Shown: piece after piece, positions 54,842 through 64,000 of the stretch | How positions within the stretch are numbered: position 1 is the first letter of the stretch | How the letters are laid out: each line of letters starts with the position of its first letter | DNA from: an uncultured bacterium | Lineage (GTDB): Bacteria > Acidobacteriota > Thermoanaerobaculia > Multivoradales > JAHZIX01 | Length of the DNA: 64,000 nucleotides | Reading direction: 5' to 3' | NCBI GenBank assembly: GCA_965368975.1 | Contig: CBDUPA010000001.1 | Span: forward strand, 448,001 to 512,000 | Program-made: the position numbers and the translations under genes | The notes under the pieces: generated by a model | The model's database searches: none | The model's input: the letters and a program-made list of their open reading frames with translations, nothing else | What the model was told of the DNA's origin: nothing

Positions 54842-57511
54842 ATGCTCTTTCCTACCTTGAACGCCGTGCTCCGGTGTTCTTTCCGAGTCCTGACTCTCAT
54901 CCTCGTCTGTACCGCGTTACCGATCGCCGCTGCTGCCGCACCCTGCGCCGGCAGTGACTTGCAAGGCACGGTATTCCGCGACTACAACGCCGATGGTGCC
55001 TTCAGCGTCGGCAACACCGAATACGGCATCGGCGGTGCCATCGTCACCGCGACGTCTGCCGACGGCTCGTCGAGCAGCTGCGAGACGCTGGCCGACGGTA
55101 GTTACGGCCTCGACGCGCCAGCCGGCGGCTTCCCGCTGCGCGTCGAGGTGACGCTGCCGTCCGGTGGTGCCTTCGACTTCCTGGAACCGGGAGCTGCCGG
55201 GCTCACTTCTACGTTCTTCGCCTCGGGTGTCTCGATGGGGCTGGACGTCGGCTTCAACGAGCCACTCGACTACTGCCAGGCCAACCCGGACATCATGGCC
55301 TCCTGCTTCTTGCAGGGAGATCCGCTGTTTCCCGGATCGGCGGCGTCAATGGGAGATACCGTGGTGTCGGTGGACTACAACCGTACGGTGGTGCCACCAA
55401 ATCACTTGGCAGTCGGCAGCCAGGTCGGAGCAGTCTGGGGCTTGGCTTACCAGCGCTCGAGCCAGAAGCTCTTTGCCTCTGCCGTACTGCGGCGCCACGC
55501 GGGCTACGGCCCGATGGGGCTTGCTGGCATCTATCAGCTCGACTATTCGGGCGGTGGACTGCCGGTGGTCAGCCCATTTATCGATGTCACGACGCTGGGC
55601 ATTCCGGTCGGCACGGATCCCCGCGGCATCGCTGGCGAGAATCTACCCGGAAGCGGCCCGACCGGCAACGAGCCGGGGCTCGACAACCTGGCCTACGAGA
55701 ACATCGGTAAGGTCGGCATCGGTGACATCGACATCGAAGAAGACGCCAGCCGGCTGTGGCTGATGAGCCTCAGCGACCGCACGCTCTACGCCTTGGACAT
55801 CGGTCCCGACGGCGATGTACCGGCTTCGGCGACGGCGTATCCTCTGCCGGTCGTCTCGTGCGTCGAAGGGGACTTTCGGCCCTGGGCGGTAAAGCCCTAC
55901 CGCGGTCGTATGTACGTCGGTGGTGTTTGCTCGAACGAGGACATCTCGAACTATGTGGTCGCAGCCGGTTATCCTGGGTTGGTCGGCTACGTCTACTCGA
56001 TGGACCCGGCGGACGGTCTGTTCTCACTAGACCTCATCATTCCCCTCGACTACGGCAAGGGCTGCGCGGGGGGCGGCGCTGGCTGCGCCTGGTTTCCATG
56101 GACCAACCTGGCGACGCATGCGCGAGTGCCCGGAGCCCGTTTCTTTGGCTATCCGACGCCGATGTTCACGGATATTGAGTTCGCCGACGACGGAGACATG
56201 ATCCTCGGCTTCACGGATCGGACGGGCTTCCAGTACGGCACCAACTCGCCCCTGGCCAACGGCAACCCGAGCGACGCTACGGTGGGTACCGTGTTCGGCG
56301 GTGGCGACATGCTGCGTGCGGATTTCGACTCGACTACAGGTGCCTTCACGCTGGAGTCGAACGGTATCGCCGGGGGCGATGTCGGGGGCGGGTCCGGAAA
56401 CCTTCAGGGGCCGGGTGGGGGGGAGTACTACTCGGCGTCCACCGGAGGCTTCCATTTTGAGCTTTCCCAAGGAGGCTACGCGGTGCTGCGTGGTTCGAAC
56501 CACTTTGTCGGTTCTGCTGTCGATCCGGTCAGCTTCGATTCCGGGGGTATTCTCTGGATGTGGGAGAAAGGAGCCCTCGCAGGTCTGCGGGCTGCCGGCT
56601 ACACGCTGTTCAACATCGCGACTCCCGGGGGCTTCCGCAAGGGTGCCGGTGCCGCGGATGTCGAGCTGCGCTGCGAACTGGCACCGATCGAGATCGGCAA
56701 CCGCGTGTGGCAGGACGACGACTACGACGGCGTCCAGGATGCGGGCGAGCCGCCGCTGTCGGGTGTCACCGTGCGCCTGGTCTGTGCCGGTGCTGGTATC
56801 GATGTCACCACCACCACGGACGTTGATGGTAGCTACCTGTTCAGCAATGCCAACGTGCCCGGCGGTGTGCCGGCGGGGGCGGCCTGTGAAGTACAGATCA
56901 ATCCAGCCGACACAGCGCTCGGTGATCTGGGTCTGACCGCTGCCAACAGCGGCGGAAATGACCTGCACGACTCCGACGGTGTGCTGTCGGGCGGCATGGC
57001 GACCGTTGCCTTTACCACCGGTGGTGCCGGTGCCAACGACCACAGCTTCGATGTGGGTTTCGCTCCCGGCGACCTGACGCTGACCAAGACCAGCAGCCCC
57101 GCCGTGCCGGGCGGATCGATTTCGTACACCATGACCGTTACCAACCTGGCGCCTGGCACCGCTACCGGCGTCATGGTGACCGACAACCTGCCGGTCGAAC
57201 TATCGAACGCACACACGCTCGGCTGCCTCAACGATCCGGCCGGCGTACCGGTGTGCGACCTGGGTGATATCGCGGGCTACGGCTCGGCGGTGTATTCCAT
57301 CACCGCCAGCGTCGACGCCGCTCTGCCGGTCGGCACCGTGATCGCCAACACCGCCACCGTCTCGGCGGCGGGCGGCGACATCGTGACCAGCAACAACACC
57401 GGTTCGGCCAACGCCAGCCTGATCGCCGCCATTCCGACGCTGTCGGAGTGGGGAATGATCCTCTTCGTGTTGATGCTCGCCATCGGCGCGGTCCTGCGCC
57501 TGCGTGGCTGA
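54842..57511 (+). CDS. Surface protein with SdrD B-like and DUF11 domains and IPTL-CTERM sorting signal
   Basis: Signal peptide; GTVFRDYNADG; IGNRVWQDDDYDGVQDAGE; DLTLTKT..YTMTVTN; C-terminal IPTLSEWG-TM-RLR. Confidence 0.9.
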   Translation: MLFPTLNAVLRCSFRVLTLILVCTALPIAAAAAPCAGSDLQGTVFRDYNADGAFSVGNTEYGIGGAIVTATSADGSSSSCETLADGSYGLDAPAGGFPLRVEVTLPSGGAFDFLEPGAAGLTSTFFASGVSMGLDVGFNEPLDYCQANPDIMASCFLQGDPLFPGSAASMGDTVVSVDYNRTVVPPNHLAVGSQVGAVWGLAYQRSSQKLFASAVLRRHAGYGPMGLAGIYQLDYSGGGLPVVSPFIDVTTLGIPVGTDPRGIAGENLPGSGPTGNEPGLDNLAYENIGKVGIGDIDIEEDASRLWLMSLSDRTLYALDIGPDGDVPASATAYPLPVVSCVEGDFRPWAVKPYRGRMYVGGVCSNEDISNYVVAAGYPGLVGYVYSMDPADGLFSLDLIIPLDYGKGCAGGGAGCAWFPWTNLATHARVPGARFFGYPTPMFTDIEFADDGDMILGFTDRTGFQYGTNSPLANGNPSDATVGTVFGGGDMLRADFDSTTGAFTLESNGIAGGDVGGGSGNLQGPGGGEYYSASTGGFHFELSQGGYAVLRGSNHFVGSAVDPVSFDSGGILWMWEKGALAGLRAAGYTLFNIATPGGFRKGAGAADVELRCELAPIEIGNRVWQDDDYDGVQDAGEPPLSGVTVRLVCAGAGIDVTTTTDVDGSYLFSNANVPGGVPAGAACEVQINPADTALGDLGLTAANSGGNDLHDSDGVLSGGMATVAFTTGGAGANDHSFDVGFAPGDLTLTKTSSPAVPGGSISYTMTVTNLAPGTATGVMVTDNLPVELSNAHTLGCLNDPAGVPVCDLGDIAGYGSAVYSITASVDAALPVGTVIANTATVSAAGGDIVTSNNTGSANASLIAAIPTLSEWGMILFVLMLAIGAVLRLRG

Positions 57512-57572
57512 CGCTAGATCTAGCTTCTTGTCGAGAGTCGAGCCTGGGCATCGGTTGTAGGATGTCCAGGCT

Positions 57573-58850
57573 ATGACCTCAATAGAAAGAAGCGTGGTCC
57601 GTTCGATCTACCGGCAGCTAGGGTCTGGCCTCTGTGGGCTCGCCTGTATCCTCGCCGCCGTTGCCTGTGCCACGGTGGCCTGCGTCGCGGATAGTGGTCT
57701 CCGTCGCCCCGATGGTGTGTCAGCCGTCAGCGTCGAGGTGCCCTTCCGCTTCGAGCAGAACAAGATCGTGGTGCCGCTGTCGGTCAACGGCTCACCGCCG
57801 CTCGATTTCGTCTTCGACAGCGGCGCCTCGGTGAGCGTGCTCTTCGCCTCGCGCGTCGACGACGACCTGGCCCAGGATCTGGATCTGCGCATCATCGGTC
57901 CCGCTCAGGTGATCGGGGCTGGTGGGGGTGGCGTCGGTGGGATGGACACCGCCTGGGATGTGCGACTGGAGATCGGCGGTCTGCGCGTCACTGGCGTGCC
58001 GCTGGCCGTCCTGCGCGCCGAGTTGCCGGCGTCGGAGCTGGGGGAGCAGGGTGTTGTCGGTCGTGATCTGCTCGACCACTGGGTGGTCACGCTCGACTGG
58101 CAACATCGACACCTGCGCTTCACCGAGCCGGAGCACTTCCAGGTACCGACGACCGCGGAGATCCTGCCGCTCAGCTACCGCGACGGTCACGTCTTCGTCG
58201 AAGCCGAGGTCAACCTGGACGGCCAGCGCGGACGGCCGGTGCGGCTGGTGGTGGATAGCGGCGCTTTCCATGCCTTGGCGCTCGATGCGCGCGGCTGGGG
58301 TTCTCTGCCCACGCCGCATCTCGACGATGCGCTCCTGGGGCGCGGGCTGGCCGGCGACATTCGCGGCGGCATCGGTCGGGCGAGGTCCTTGCGCCTCGGT
58401 ACGACCGTGCTGCGCGATGTACTGATCCGCTATCCGGGGCCGGACGTGATCGAGGTCATTGCCGTCGGCAGCGATGGCAACCTGGGCGCCGAGGTGCTAC
58501 GCCGCTTCGTCGTCACCTTCGACTATCCGGGGCGACGCCTGCTGCTCGAACCTACGCCTGCCGTGACCGAAGCGTTCGCCTTCTCGACCGCCGGCTTCGC
58601 TGTTCGCTCAACGTTCACCGAGGAGGGGGCGGCGCGCATTGAGGATCTCTATGCTGACTCTCCGGCGACCGAGGCCGGTCTGCGCCGGGGCGACGAGGTG
58701 ATCCGCATTGATGGACAGCGTCCCTCCGATCTGGGGGTAGACGCTTTTCGCGCGTTGCTGCAGGGGCCGCCAGGGACGGTGTTGCAGCTAGAGGTGCAGC
58801 GCGGTACGTCGGTGCGCAGCGTCGAGCTGACGCTGCGGCGCTTGCTCTAG
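57573..58850 (+). CDS. Double retropepsin-like aspartyl protease with PDZ domain
   Basis: FVFDSGA and LVVDSGA, GVVG and GNLG motifs; C-terminal SPATEAGLRRGDEVIRIDG (PDZ). Confidence 0.9.
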   Translation: MTSIERSVVRSIYRQLGSGLCGLACILAAVACATVACVADSGLRRPDGVSAVSVEVPFRFEQNKIVVPLSVNGSPPLDFVFDSGASVSVLFASRVDDDLAQDLDLRIIGPAQVIGAGGGGVGGMDTAWDVRLEIGGLRVTGVPLAVLRAELPASELGEQGVVGRDLLDHWVVTLDWQHRHLRFTEPEHFQVPTTAEILPLSYRDGHVFVEAEVNLDGQRGRPVRLVVDSGAFHALALDARGWGSLPTPHLDDALLGRGLAGDIRGGIGRARSLRLGTTVLRDVLIRYPGPDVIEVIAVGSDGNLGAEVLRRFVVTFDYPGRRLLLEPTPAVTEAFAFSTAGFAVRSTFTEEGAARIEDLYADSPATEAGLRRGDEVIRIDGQRPSDLGVDAFRALLQGPPGTVLQLEVQRGTSVRSVELTLRRLL

Positions 58851-58965
58851 CTCCCACATGGGGCTTTGGCAGCGGTCGTTCTCGGCTGGTTCGTTGGGGC
58901 TCGCCTGGCCGATGTGACTGCAAGGCTGGATGCCGTGTAACACCAGGACGGTCCACGCGTAATGA

Positions 58966-58994
58966 TGACCAGGGTCAAAAAATGACTCTGGTCA
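58966..58994. promoter_or_regulatory. Putative TetR operator
   Basis: TGACCAGGGTCA-AAAAA-TGACTCTGGTCA: a 12-bp inverted repeat with 1 mismatch, just upstream of the tetR RBS. Confidence 0.7.
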
Positions 58995-59015
58995 CTTTTC
59001 TCCAAGGAGGCGAGC

Positions 59016-59627
59016 ATGGGCACGGACCGACGGCAGAAACAGAAGGCGCGGTTGCGCCGTGAGCTCTTCGAAGCGGCGCTGGCGCTGTTCGAGGAGCACG
59101 GCTACGAGGGCACCACGGTGCAGCAGATCACCGATGCGGTGCAAGTCGCGAAGGGGACCTTCTTCAACCACTTTCCGACCAAAGAGCACGTGCTGCAGCA
59201 GTGGTACAACGAGCTCACCTTCAGCTCCCTGGAAGCCGCGCGGCAGCGTGACTCGGCGAACGCGGAGGACGCCGTGTGCAGCCTCTTTGTCGACATGGCG
59301 CGTCGCGGGCAGGTGGCTCGCGGGCTGCTGGCAGCGAAGGCTCGGCACAGCTCGAATCCGTTGCTGATCGAAGCCGAGCGGACGCAGGACGAGATGGTCG
59401 ACCACTTCGTGCGCGAAGCGTTGCAAGCCGGCAAGGAGCGCGGGGAGTTCGAGGACGGCTTTGACGTGACCTTCTTCAGCGGCCTGCTCGGCGCCGTGCT
59501 CACGGGGACCTCGCGCGAGTGGGGTAGCGCGCAGCAGCAGTCGGATGTGGCGATACCTGATCTGGTGGAGCTCGTGGAGGTGCGGCTGCGCTATCTCTTC
59601 CGTGCCGCCCGGACCCTCGACGTCTGA
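59016..59627 (+). CDS. TetR/AcrR family regulator
   Basis: ALALFEEHGYEGTTVQQIT..VAKGTFFNHFPTKE HTH. Confidence 0.95.
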   Translation: MGTDRRQKQKARLRRELFEAALALFEEHGYEGTTVQQITDAVQVAKGTFFNHFPTKEHVLQQWYNELTFSSLEAARQRDSANAEDAVCSLFVDMARRGQVARGLLAAKARHSSNPLLIEAERTQDEMVDHFVREALQAGKERGEFEDGFDVTFFSGLLGAVLTGTSREWGSAQQQSDVAIPDLVELVEVRLRYLFRAARTLDV

Positions 59628-59644
59628 GCGGTAAGGAGAGCACT

Positions 59645-62600
59645 ATGTGGAAAGAGATCCTGTGCTTCGAGCTGCGCTACCAAGTGCGCCAGCCACTCTT
59701 CGTCGTCTCGCTACTGGCGTTCTTCGCGCTGGGCATCGCTCTGGCGTCCTCGGACGCCGGTGCGGCGATCGGCGATGCGCCGGGCACGTCCCTGCGCAAT
59801 GCCCCGATCGTGATCTTGCGACTGATGCCGGTGTTCAGCCTGCTGGGCTTGTTCGTCATTACTGCCTTCGCGGCCAACGCCGCGCTGCGGGACATCGAAC
59901 TCGGCAGCGAGTCGCTCTTCCGCACCAAGCCGCTGAGCCGGTTGGACTACCTCGGTGGCCGCTTCGCTGGCGCGATGATCGTTTCGTTGTTGGTCCTGGC
60001 CGCTGGCGTCCTGGGGCAGGGGCTCGGTACCTTCGCCCCCTGGCAAGCGGAAGACCGGCTGGGTCCGTTCACCCTGCTCCCGTACCTCTTTGGCTTGCTC
60101 GTGATCGTGCTGCCGAACCTTCTGGCGATGGGGGCGCTCTTCTTTGCCCTGGCGATCGCGAGCCGCCGCCTGACGTTGACCTTCCTGGCGGTGGTCTTCT
60201 TCGTCGGCATGCAGGACCTGGTCGAAACGGTCGCGCTGGGCCTGGACAATCGAGTCTGGGGCAGCCTGCTCGAACCCTCGGGCATCGTCGCTCTGGAGAC
60301 GGTGGCGCGCTACTGGAGCGTCGCGGAGCAGAGTCATCGGTTGCCAGAGCTCGCCGGGGTCCTGCTGGCCAATCGTTTGCTGTGGCTGGTCGTCGGCTTC
60401 GCTGTGCTGGCGATCACTATGGTTCGCTTCAAGGTCCTGGGAACGTCGCGGCGGGGCCGACGGCAGCGCGAGGTCGCAGCCAACCACGACCCAGCCAACC
60501 ACGACCCAGCCAACCACGACCCAGCCAATCACGGCCCAACCAGCCACGATCCGGCGACTCACGAACCAGGTCCGCGCGGCACAGCTAGGCCGATCAGGGG
60601 CCCGGCCCTGTCGCCCGCCCAGCTCGACGTTGCCTGGTCACAGCGGCTGGGGCAGCTTGTGCACCAGGTCCGGCTGGAACTCTCCGAAGTCATCCCGAGA
60701 GCCCCGTTCTTGACGCTGCTGGCCTTCGGTCTGATGTTTGTGGTCGCCTTTGCCTTCCAAGCGGGTGCCTACCAGGACATGCCGTCTTTGCCCCTGACCG
60801 AGTTGATGCTGCAGGCGATTCAGATCGGGACGCGGCTGACGTTGGTGCTGATCCTGGTCTTCTATGCTGGTGAGGTGGTGTTCAGCCAGCGGTCGCTACG
60901 GGTCGACGGTCTCTTCGACGCGCTACCGGTGCCGAACTGGTTGCTGCTGGGGGCCAAGCTGGTGACGCTGGTCGCCGTGATCGCCGTCTTCTTGCTCAGT
61001 GCCGTGGTCTGTACCGTCGGCGTGCAGCTGGTTCGGGGCTTCTTCGACGTCGATGGCGGCCTGTACCTGCAAGGCATCGTGCTGCTGGCGTTGCCTCTGC
61101 TGCTGACCACTGTGCTGGCCGTTTTTCTGCAGGTGCTGACGCAGCAGCGCATGGCCGGCTACCTGCTGACCGTGGCGGTGCTCGTCTTCAGCTTCGCCGC
61201 CCCACGCCTCGGCATCGAGAGCCATCTCTGGCTCTACGGTGGACACCCCGCCATGACCTACTCGGCGTTTACCGGCTACGGGCATCACCTGCCTTCCTAC
61301 CTTGCCTACCTGGGGTATTGGGGTTTCGCCGCCCTGGGATTGACCGTGCTGGCGCTGCTGCTATGGCAGCGCGGCACCATCGGCCCGCTACGCACGCGTC
61401 TGGCGAAGCTGTGGCACGGTAGCCCGGGACCTTCGAGCCATCTGCGGAGCCCAGTCGGCCTCGTGTTCCTGGCTGCCCTGCTCGGCATGGTGGGCAGCAC
61501 GGCCTGGATCCACGCCCACTCCAAGCTGCCGGGTGGTGGACTCGACCGCGACGGCATCCTCGGACGCCTGGCCGACTATGAACACCACTACGGCCAGTTT
61601 CGCCAGCTGCCACTGCCGCGAGTGACGTCCGTGTACGCCGAGGTCGACATCTACCCGCGGCAGCGGCGCGTCGACCTGCGCGGCCGCTACCGGCTGGAGA
61701 ACACCGGCGATGAACCCTTGCTCTCGCTGCCGGTGACGATCAACGCTCGCTGGGTCGAAGGCGTGTTGGTGGTCTACGGCGGGGTGACGCTGACCGAGGT
61801 CGAGCTGCCGGCGCACCGGGCCCGGATCGAGGATGCGGCCCGTGGCTTCTACCTCTTCGACCTCGAGCGACCTTTGCTGCCGGGGGATAGCCTCGACTTC
61901 GGCTGGTCGGTCGAAGTCGATCAACGCAGCCTGGTCAACCGGCGGCACAACGACTTGGTGATCGACAACGGCACCTTCTTCAGCGATCGCAACTTCATGC
62001 CGGTGATCGGTTACGCGGACGGCAACCGACTTCTCGATCCGCTAGAGCGTCGCAAGCGTGACCTGCCGCCGATCGTGCGTGCCGCCGACCTCGACGATGT
62101 GGATGCGGCGCAGCGCAACTACCTGCACGCGGACTGGGTCGATGTCGAAGTAATCCTGTCGACTTCGGCGGATCAGATCGCGCTGGCACCCGGTGACCTG
62201 GTGCGTCAGTGGGACGATGCCGAGAGGCCTGCTGGCAGCGGCAACGGGCGTCGCTTCTTTCACTACCGAGCTACGGCTGCAGAGGGTGCACCGATCAATC
62301 AGTTGCTGCCCTTTCTCTCCGCGGCCTACGAGGTGCGACGTGACCAGTGGGACGAGGTCGATATCGAGATCTACTACCATCCGGACCACGGCGCCAATGT
62401 CCAGCGTTTCCTGGACATCACGAAGGCGACGCTGGCCTCGCTGTCGCGCCGCTTCGGCCCGTACCCCCACCGGCAGCTACGCATCGTCGAGGCGCCGCGC
62501 ACCCACGGTGAGGTGGCGTTCTCTTTCGGCCAGACCATCGTCTTCTCGGAAGCCTGGTGCTGGAATGCCGATCTGGAGGCCGTTGATGCGCAGCTACGTG

Positions 62601-63193
62601 CTGGTGGCCGTGCTGCCGACGAGGCGCTGGACTGGCTGGCCGAGATCCTGGCGCACGAGATCGCCCACCAGTGGTGGAATCATCAGGTGATTCCCGCCGA
62701 CGTCCAGGGAGCGACGCTGATCGCCGAGGCGCTGTCGGAGTACTCCGCCCTGTCGGTGGTGGAAGAACTCTACGGGCCGCGCATGGTGCGTCGCTTCCTC
62801 GACGTCCAACGCGACCGCTACTTGGCGCGCCGCGGCCACGAAAAGGTGCGCGAGATGCCACTGGCTCGGGTCGAGAACCAGCCCTACCTGCACTACAGCA
62901 AGGGCAGCCTTCACTTCTGGGCCCTGCGCGAGCTGGCTGGCGCGGACGTGCTCGACGGCGCGCTACGGGCCTTCTTGCGCGAGCACGCATTCCAGGGGCC
63001 GCCCTACCCGACGTCGCGTGACTTGCTCGGCCACTTGCGCCGAGCCTTACCACCTGAGCGGCGGGCCATCGTGCACGAACTGTTCGAGACGGTCACGCTG
63101 GTCGACTACAAACCCGGCCCCGACACCGCATCCGATGGCTCTTCGCCTTCCGACCTTTCGCCCACCAACCGTTCTCCGGAAACCGACAACTGA
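59645..63193 (+). CDS. ABC-2 permease fused to M1 aminopeptidase
   Basis: About 12 TM helices in two permease halves; HEIAHQWW..x..E and YSKG motifs. Confidence 0.9.
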   Translation: MWKEILCFELRYQVRQPLFVVSLLAFFALGIALASSDAGAAIGDAPGTSLRNAPIVILRLMPVFSLLGLFVITAFAANAALRDIELGSESLFRTKPLSRLDYLGGRFAGAMIVSLLVLAAGVLGQGLGTFAPWQAEDRLGPFTLLPYLFGLLVIVLPNLLAMGALFFALAIASRRLTLTFLAVVFFVGMQDLVETVALGLDNRVWGSLLEPSGIVALETVARYWSVAEQSHRLPELAGVLLANRLLWLVVGFAVLAITMVRFKVLGTSRRGRRQREVAANHDPANHDPANHDPANHGPTSHDPATHEPGPRGTARPIRGPALSPAQLDVAWSQRLGQLVHQVRLELSEVIPRAPFLTLLAFGLMFVVAFAFQAGAYQDMPSLPLTELMLQAIQIGTRLTLVLILVFYAGEVVFSQRSLRVDGLFDALPVPNWLLLGAKLVTLVAVIAVFLLSAVVCTVGVQLVRGFFDVDGGLYLQGIVLLALPLLLTTVLAVFLQVLTQQRMAGYLLTVAVLVFSFAAPRLGIESHLWLYGGHPAMTYSAFTGYGHHLPSYLAYLGYWGFAALGLTVLALLLWQRGTIGPLRTRLAKLWHGSPGPSSHLRSPVGLVFLAALLGMVGSTAWIHAHSKLPGGGLDRDGILGRLADYEHHYGQFRQLPLPRVTSVYAEVDIYPRQRRVDLRGRYRLENTGDEPLLSLPVTINARWVEGVLVVYGGVTLTEVELPAHRARIEDAARGFYLFDLERPLLPGDSLDFGWSVEVDQRSLVNRRHNDLVIDNGTFFSDRNFMPVIGYADGNRLLDPLERRKRDLPPIVRAADLDDVDAAQRNYLHADWVDVEVILSTSADQIALAPGDLVRQWDDAERPAGSGNGRRFFHYRATAAEGAPINQLLPFLSAAYEVRRDQWDEVDIEIYYHPDHGANVQRFLDITKATLASLSRRFGPYPHRQLRIVEAPRTHGEVAFSFGQTIVFSEAWCWNADLEAVDAQLRAGGRAADEALDWLAEILAHEIAHQWWNHQVIPADVQGATLIAEALSEYSALSVVEELYGPRMVRRFLDVQRDRYLARRGHEKVREMPLARVENQPYLHYSKGSLHFWALRELAGADVLDGALRAFLREHAFQGPPYPTSRDLLGHLRRALPPERRAIVHELFETVTLVDYKPGPDTASDGSSPSDLSPTNRSPETDN
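60479..60567. repeat. 15-bp tandem repeat (NHDPA) in the permease loop
   Basis: GCCAACCACGACCCA x3 plus 3 degenerate copies. Confidence 0.85.
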
Positions 63194-63206
63194 CGCGGAG
63201 CTTGCC

Positions 63207-64000
63207 ATGCTGACGATTCAAGACCTGACCAAGACATACCCCAACGGCGTGCAGGCACTGCGCGGCATCGATCTCACCATCCAGCCTGGGCTCTTCGGCC
63301 TGCTTGGACCCAATGGTGCCGGCAAGTCGAGCCTGATGCGGACGCTGGCGACATTGCAGGACGCTGACGGCGGCAGCGTCCGTTTCGGTGATCTCGACGT
63401 GCTGCGCGACAAAGACCAGATGCGTCGCGTACTCGGATATCTGCCGCAGGACTTCGGGCTCTATCCTCGCATCGACGCGGAGACCTTGCTCCACCACTTC
63501 GCTCGGCTCAAGGGGGTAGCGCGCCGCGGCGAGCGCTCAGATGCCGTAGAGCGACTCCTACGGCTGACCAATCTGTGGCCAGTGCGGCGGCAGAAGCTCG
63601 GCACCTTCTCGGGCGGCATGCGGCAGCGCTTCGGCATTGCACAGGCGCTGCTCGGCGAGCCCCGGCTGCTGATCGTCGACGAGCCGACCACCGGCCTCGA
63701 CCCGGAAGAGCGGCGCCGCTTTCTCAACCTGTTGGCAAGCGTCGGGGAACAGGCGGTGGTCATCTTGTCCACTCATCTGGTCGCTGACGTGAGCGAACTG
63801 TGTCGGCAGATGGCGGTCATTCGCCAGGGAGAGGTCGTGCTGCAGGGGGATCCAGAGCAGCTTCTGGAGCGGCTGCGCGGGCGCATCTGGCGCCGGACAG
63901 GTGGCGATCCAGGGGGCGAGCCGCCAGAGTCTGCACTGCTGCTGTCGACCCATCTGCACGGTGGCCGGACCGTAGCGCGCTACGAGAGCACCGCCTGCCC
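63207..64000 (+). CDS. ABC transporter ATP-binding protein (runs off the right edge)
   Basis: MLTIQDLTKTYPNG, GPNGAGKS, FSGGMRQR and VDEPTTGLD motifs. Confidence 0.93.
   Translation, partial: MLTIQDLTKTYPNGVQALRGIDLTIQPGLFGLLGPNGAGKSSLMRTLATLQDADGGSVRFGDLDVLRDKDQMRRVLGYLPQDFGLYPRIDAETLLHHFARLKGVARRGERSDAVERLLRLTNLWPVRRQKLGTFSGGMRQRFGIAQALLGEPRLLIVDEPTTGLDPEERRRFLNLLASVGEQAVVILSTHLVADVSELCRQMAVIRQGEVVLQGDPEQLLERLRGRIWRRTGGDPGGEPPESALLLSTHLHGGRTVARYESTAC

Noticed and set aside
60479-60567. Possible CRISPR-like repeats (also 33663 and 49176-49260)
   Set aside because: In-frame coding tandem repeats without unique spacers; no cas genes.

Overview
GC-rich bacterial window whose gene content (CHAT/TPR-type protein, ECF sigma plus Ser/Thr kinase pair, IPTL-CTERM protein, 'MKKxxKLxLHRETL' peptides) suggests Acidobacteriota/Thermoanaerobaculia; this taxonomy is inference. 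The standout is a tightly coupled 8-gene minus-strand operon (26030-39228). It encodes three multiheme c cytochromes (5+8+10 = 23 CxxCH motifs), an outer-membrane beta-barrel, a 4-TM protein with two H-x13-H pairs (di-heme cytochrome b-like), a tandem cNMP-binding/4x[4Fe-4S] protein, a double-FHA protein and a flavin NAD(P)H oxidoreductase-FHA-FHA-[2Fe-2S] fusion. Together these look like a trans-envelope electron wire gated by cNMP-type and phosphothreonine signalling; hemB, hemL and a ferredoxin lie just beyond it. Other notable items: two orphan Cys/Thr-rich RiPP-like precursors with a shared leader (one has a duplicated core and sits next to a split VioB-like enzyme pair), an ABC-F gene with a 3-codon uORF, a VapBC-type TA locus plus a deleted copy flanking an inserted gene, an MBL/Trypco2-like/EEP cluster, a secreted vanadium haloperoxidase and several decayed genes. 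No rRNA, tRNA, CRISPR array or transposase was recognised. All family calls come from motif recognition by eye, not database searches.
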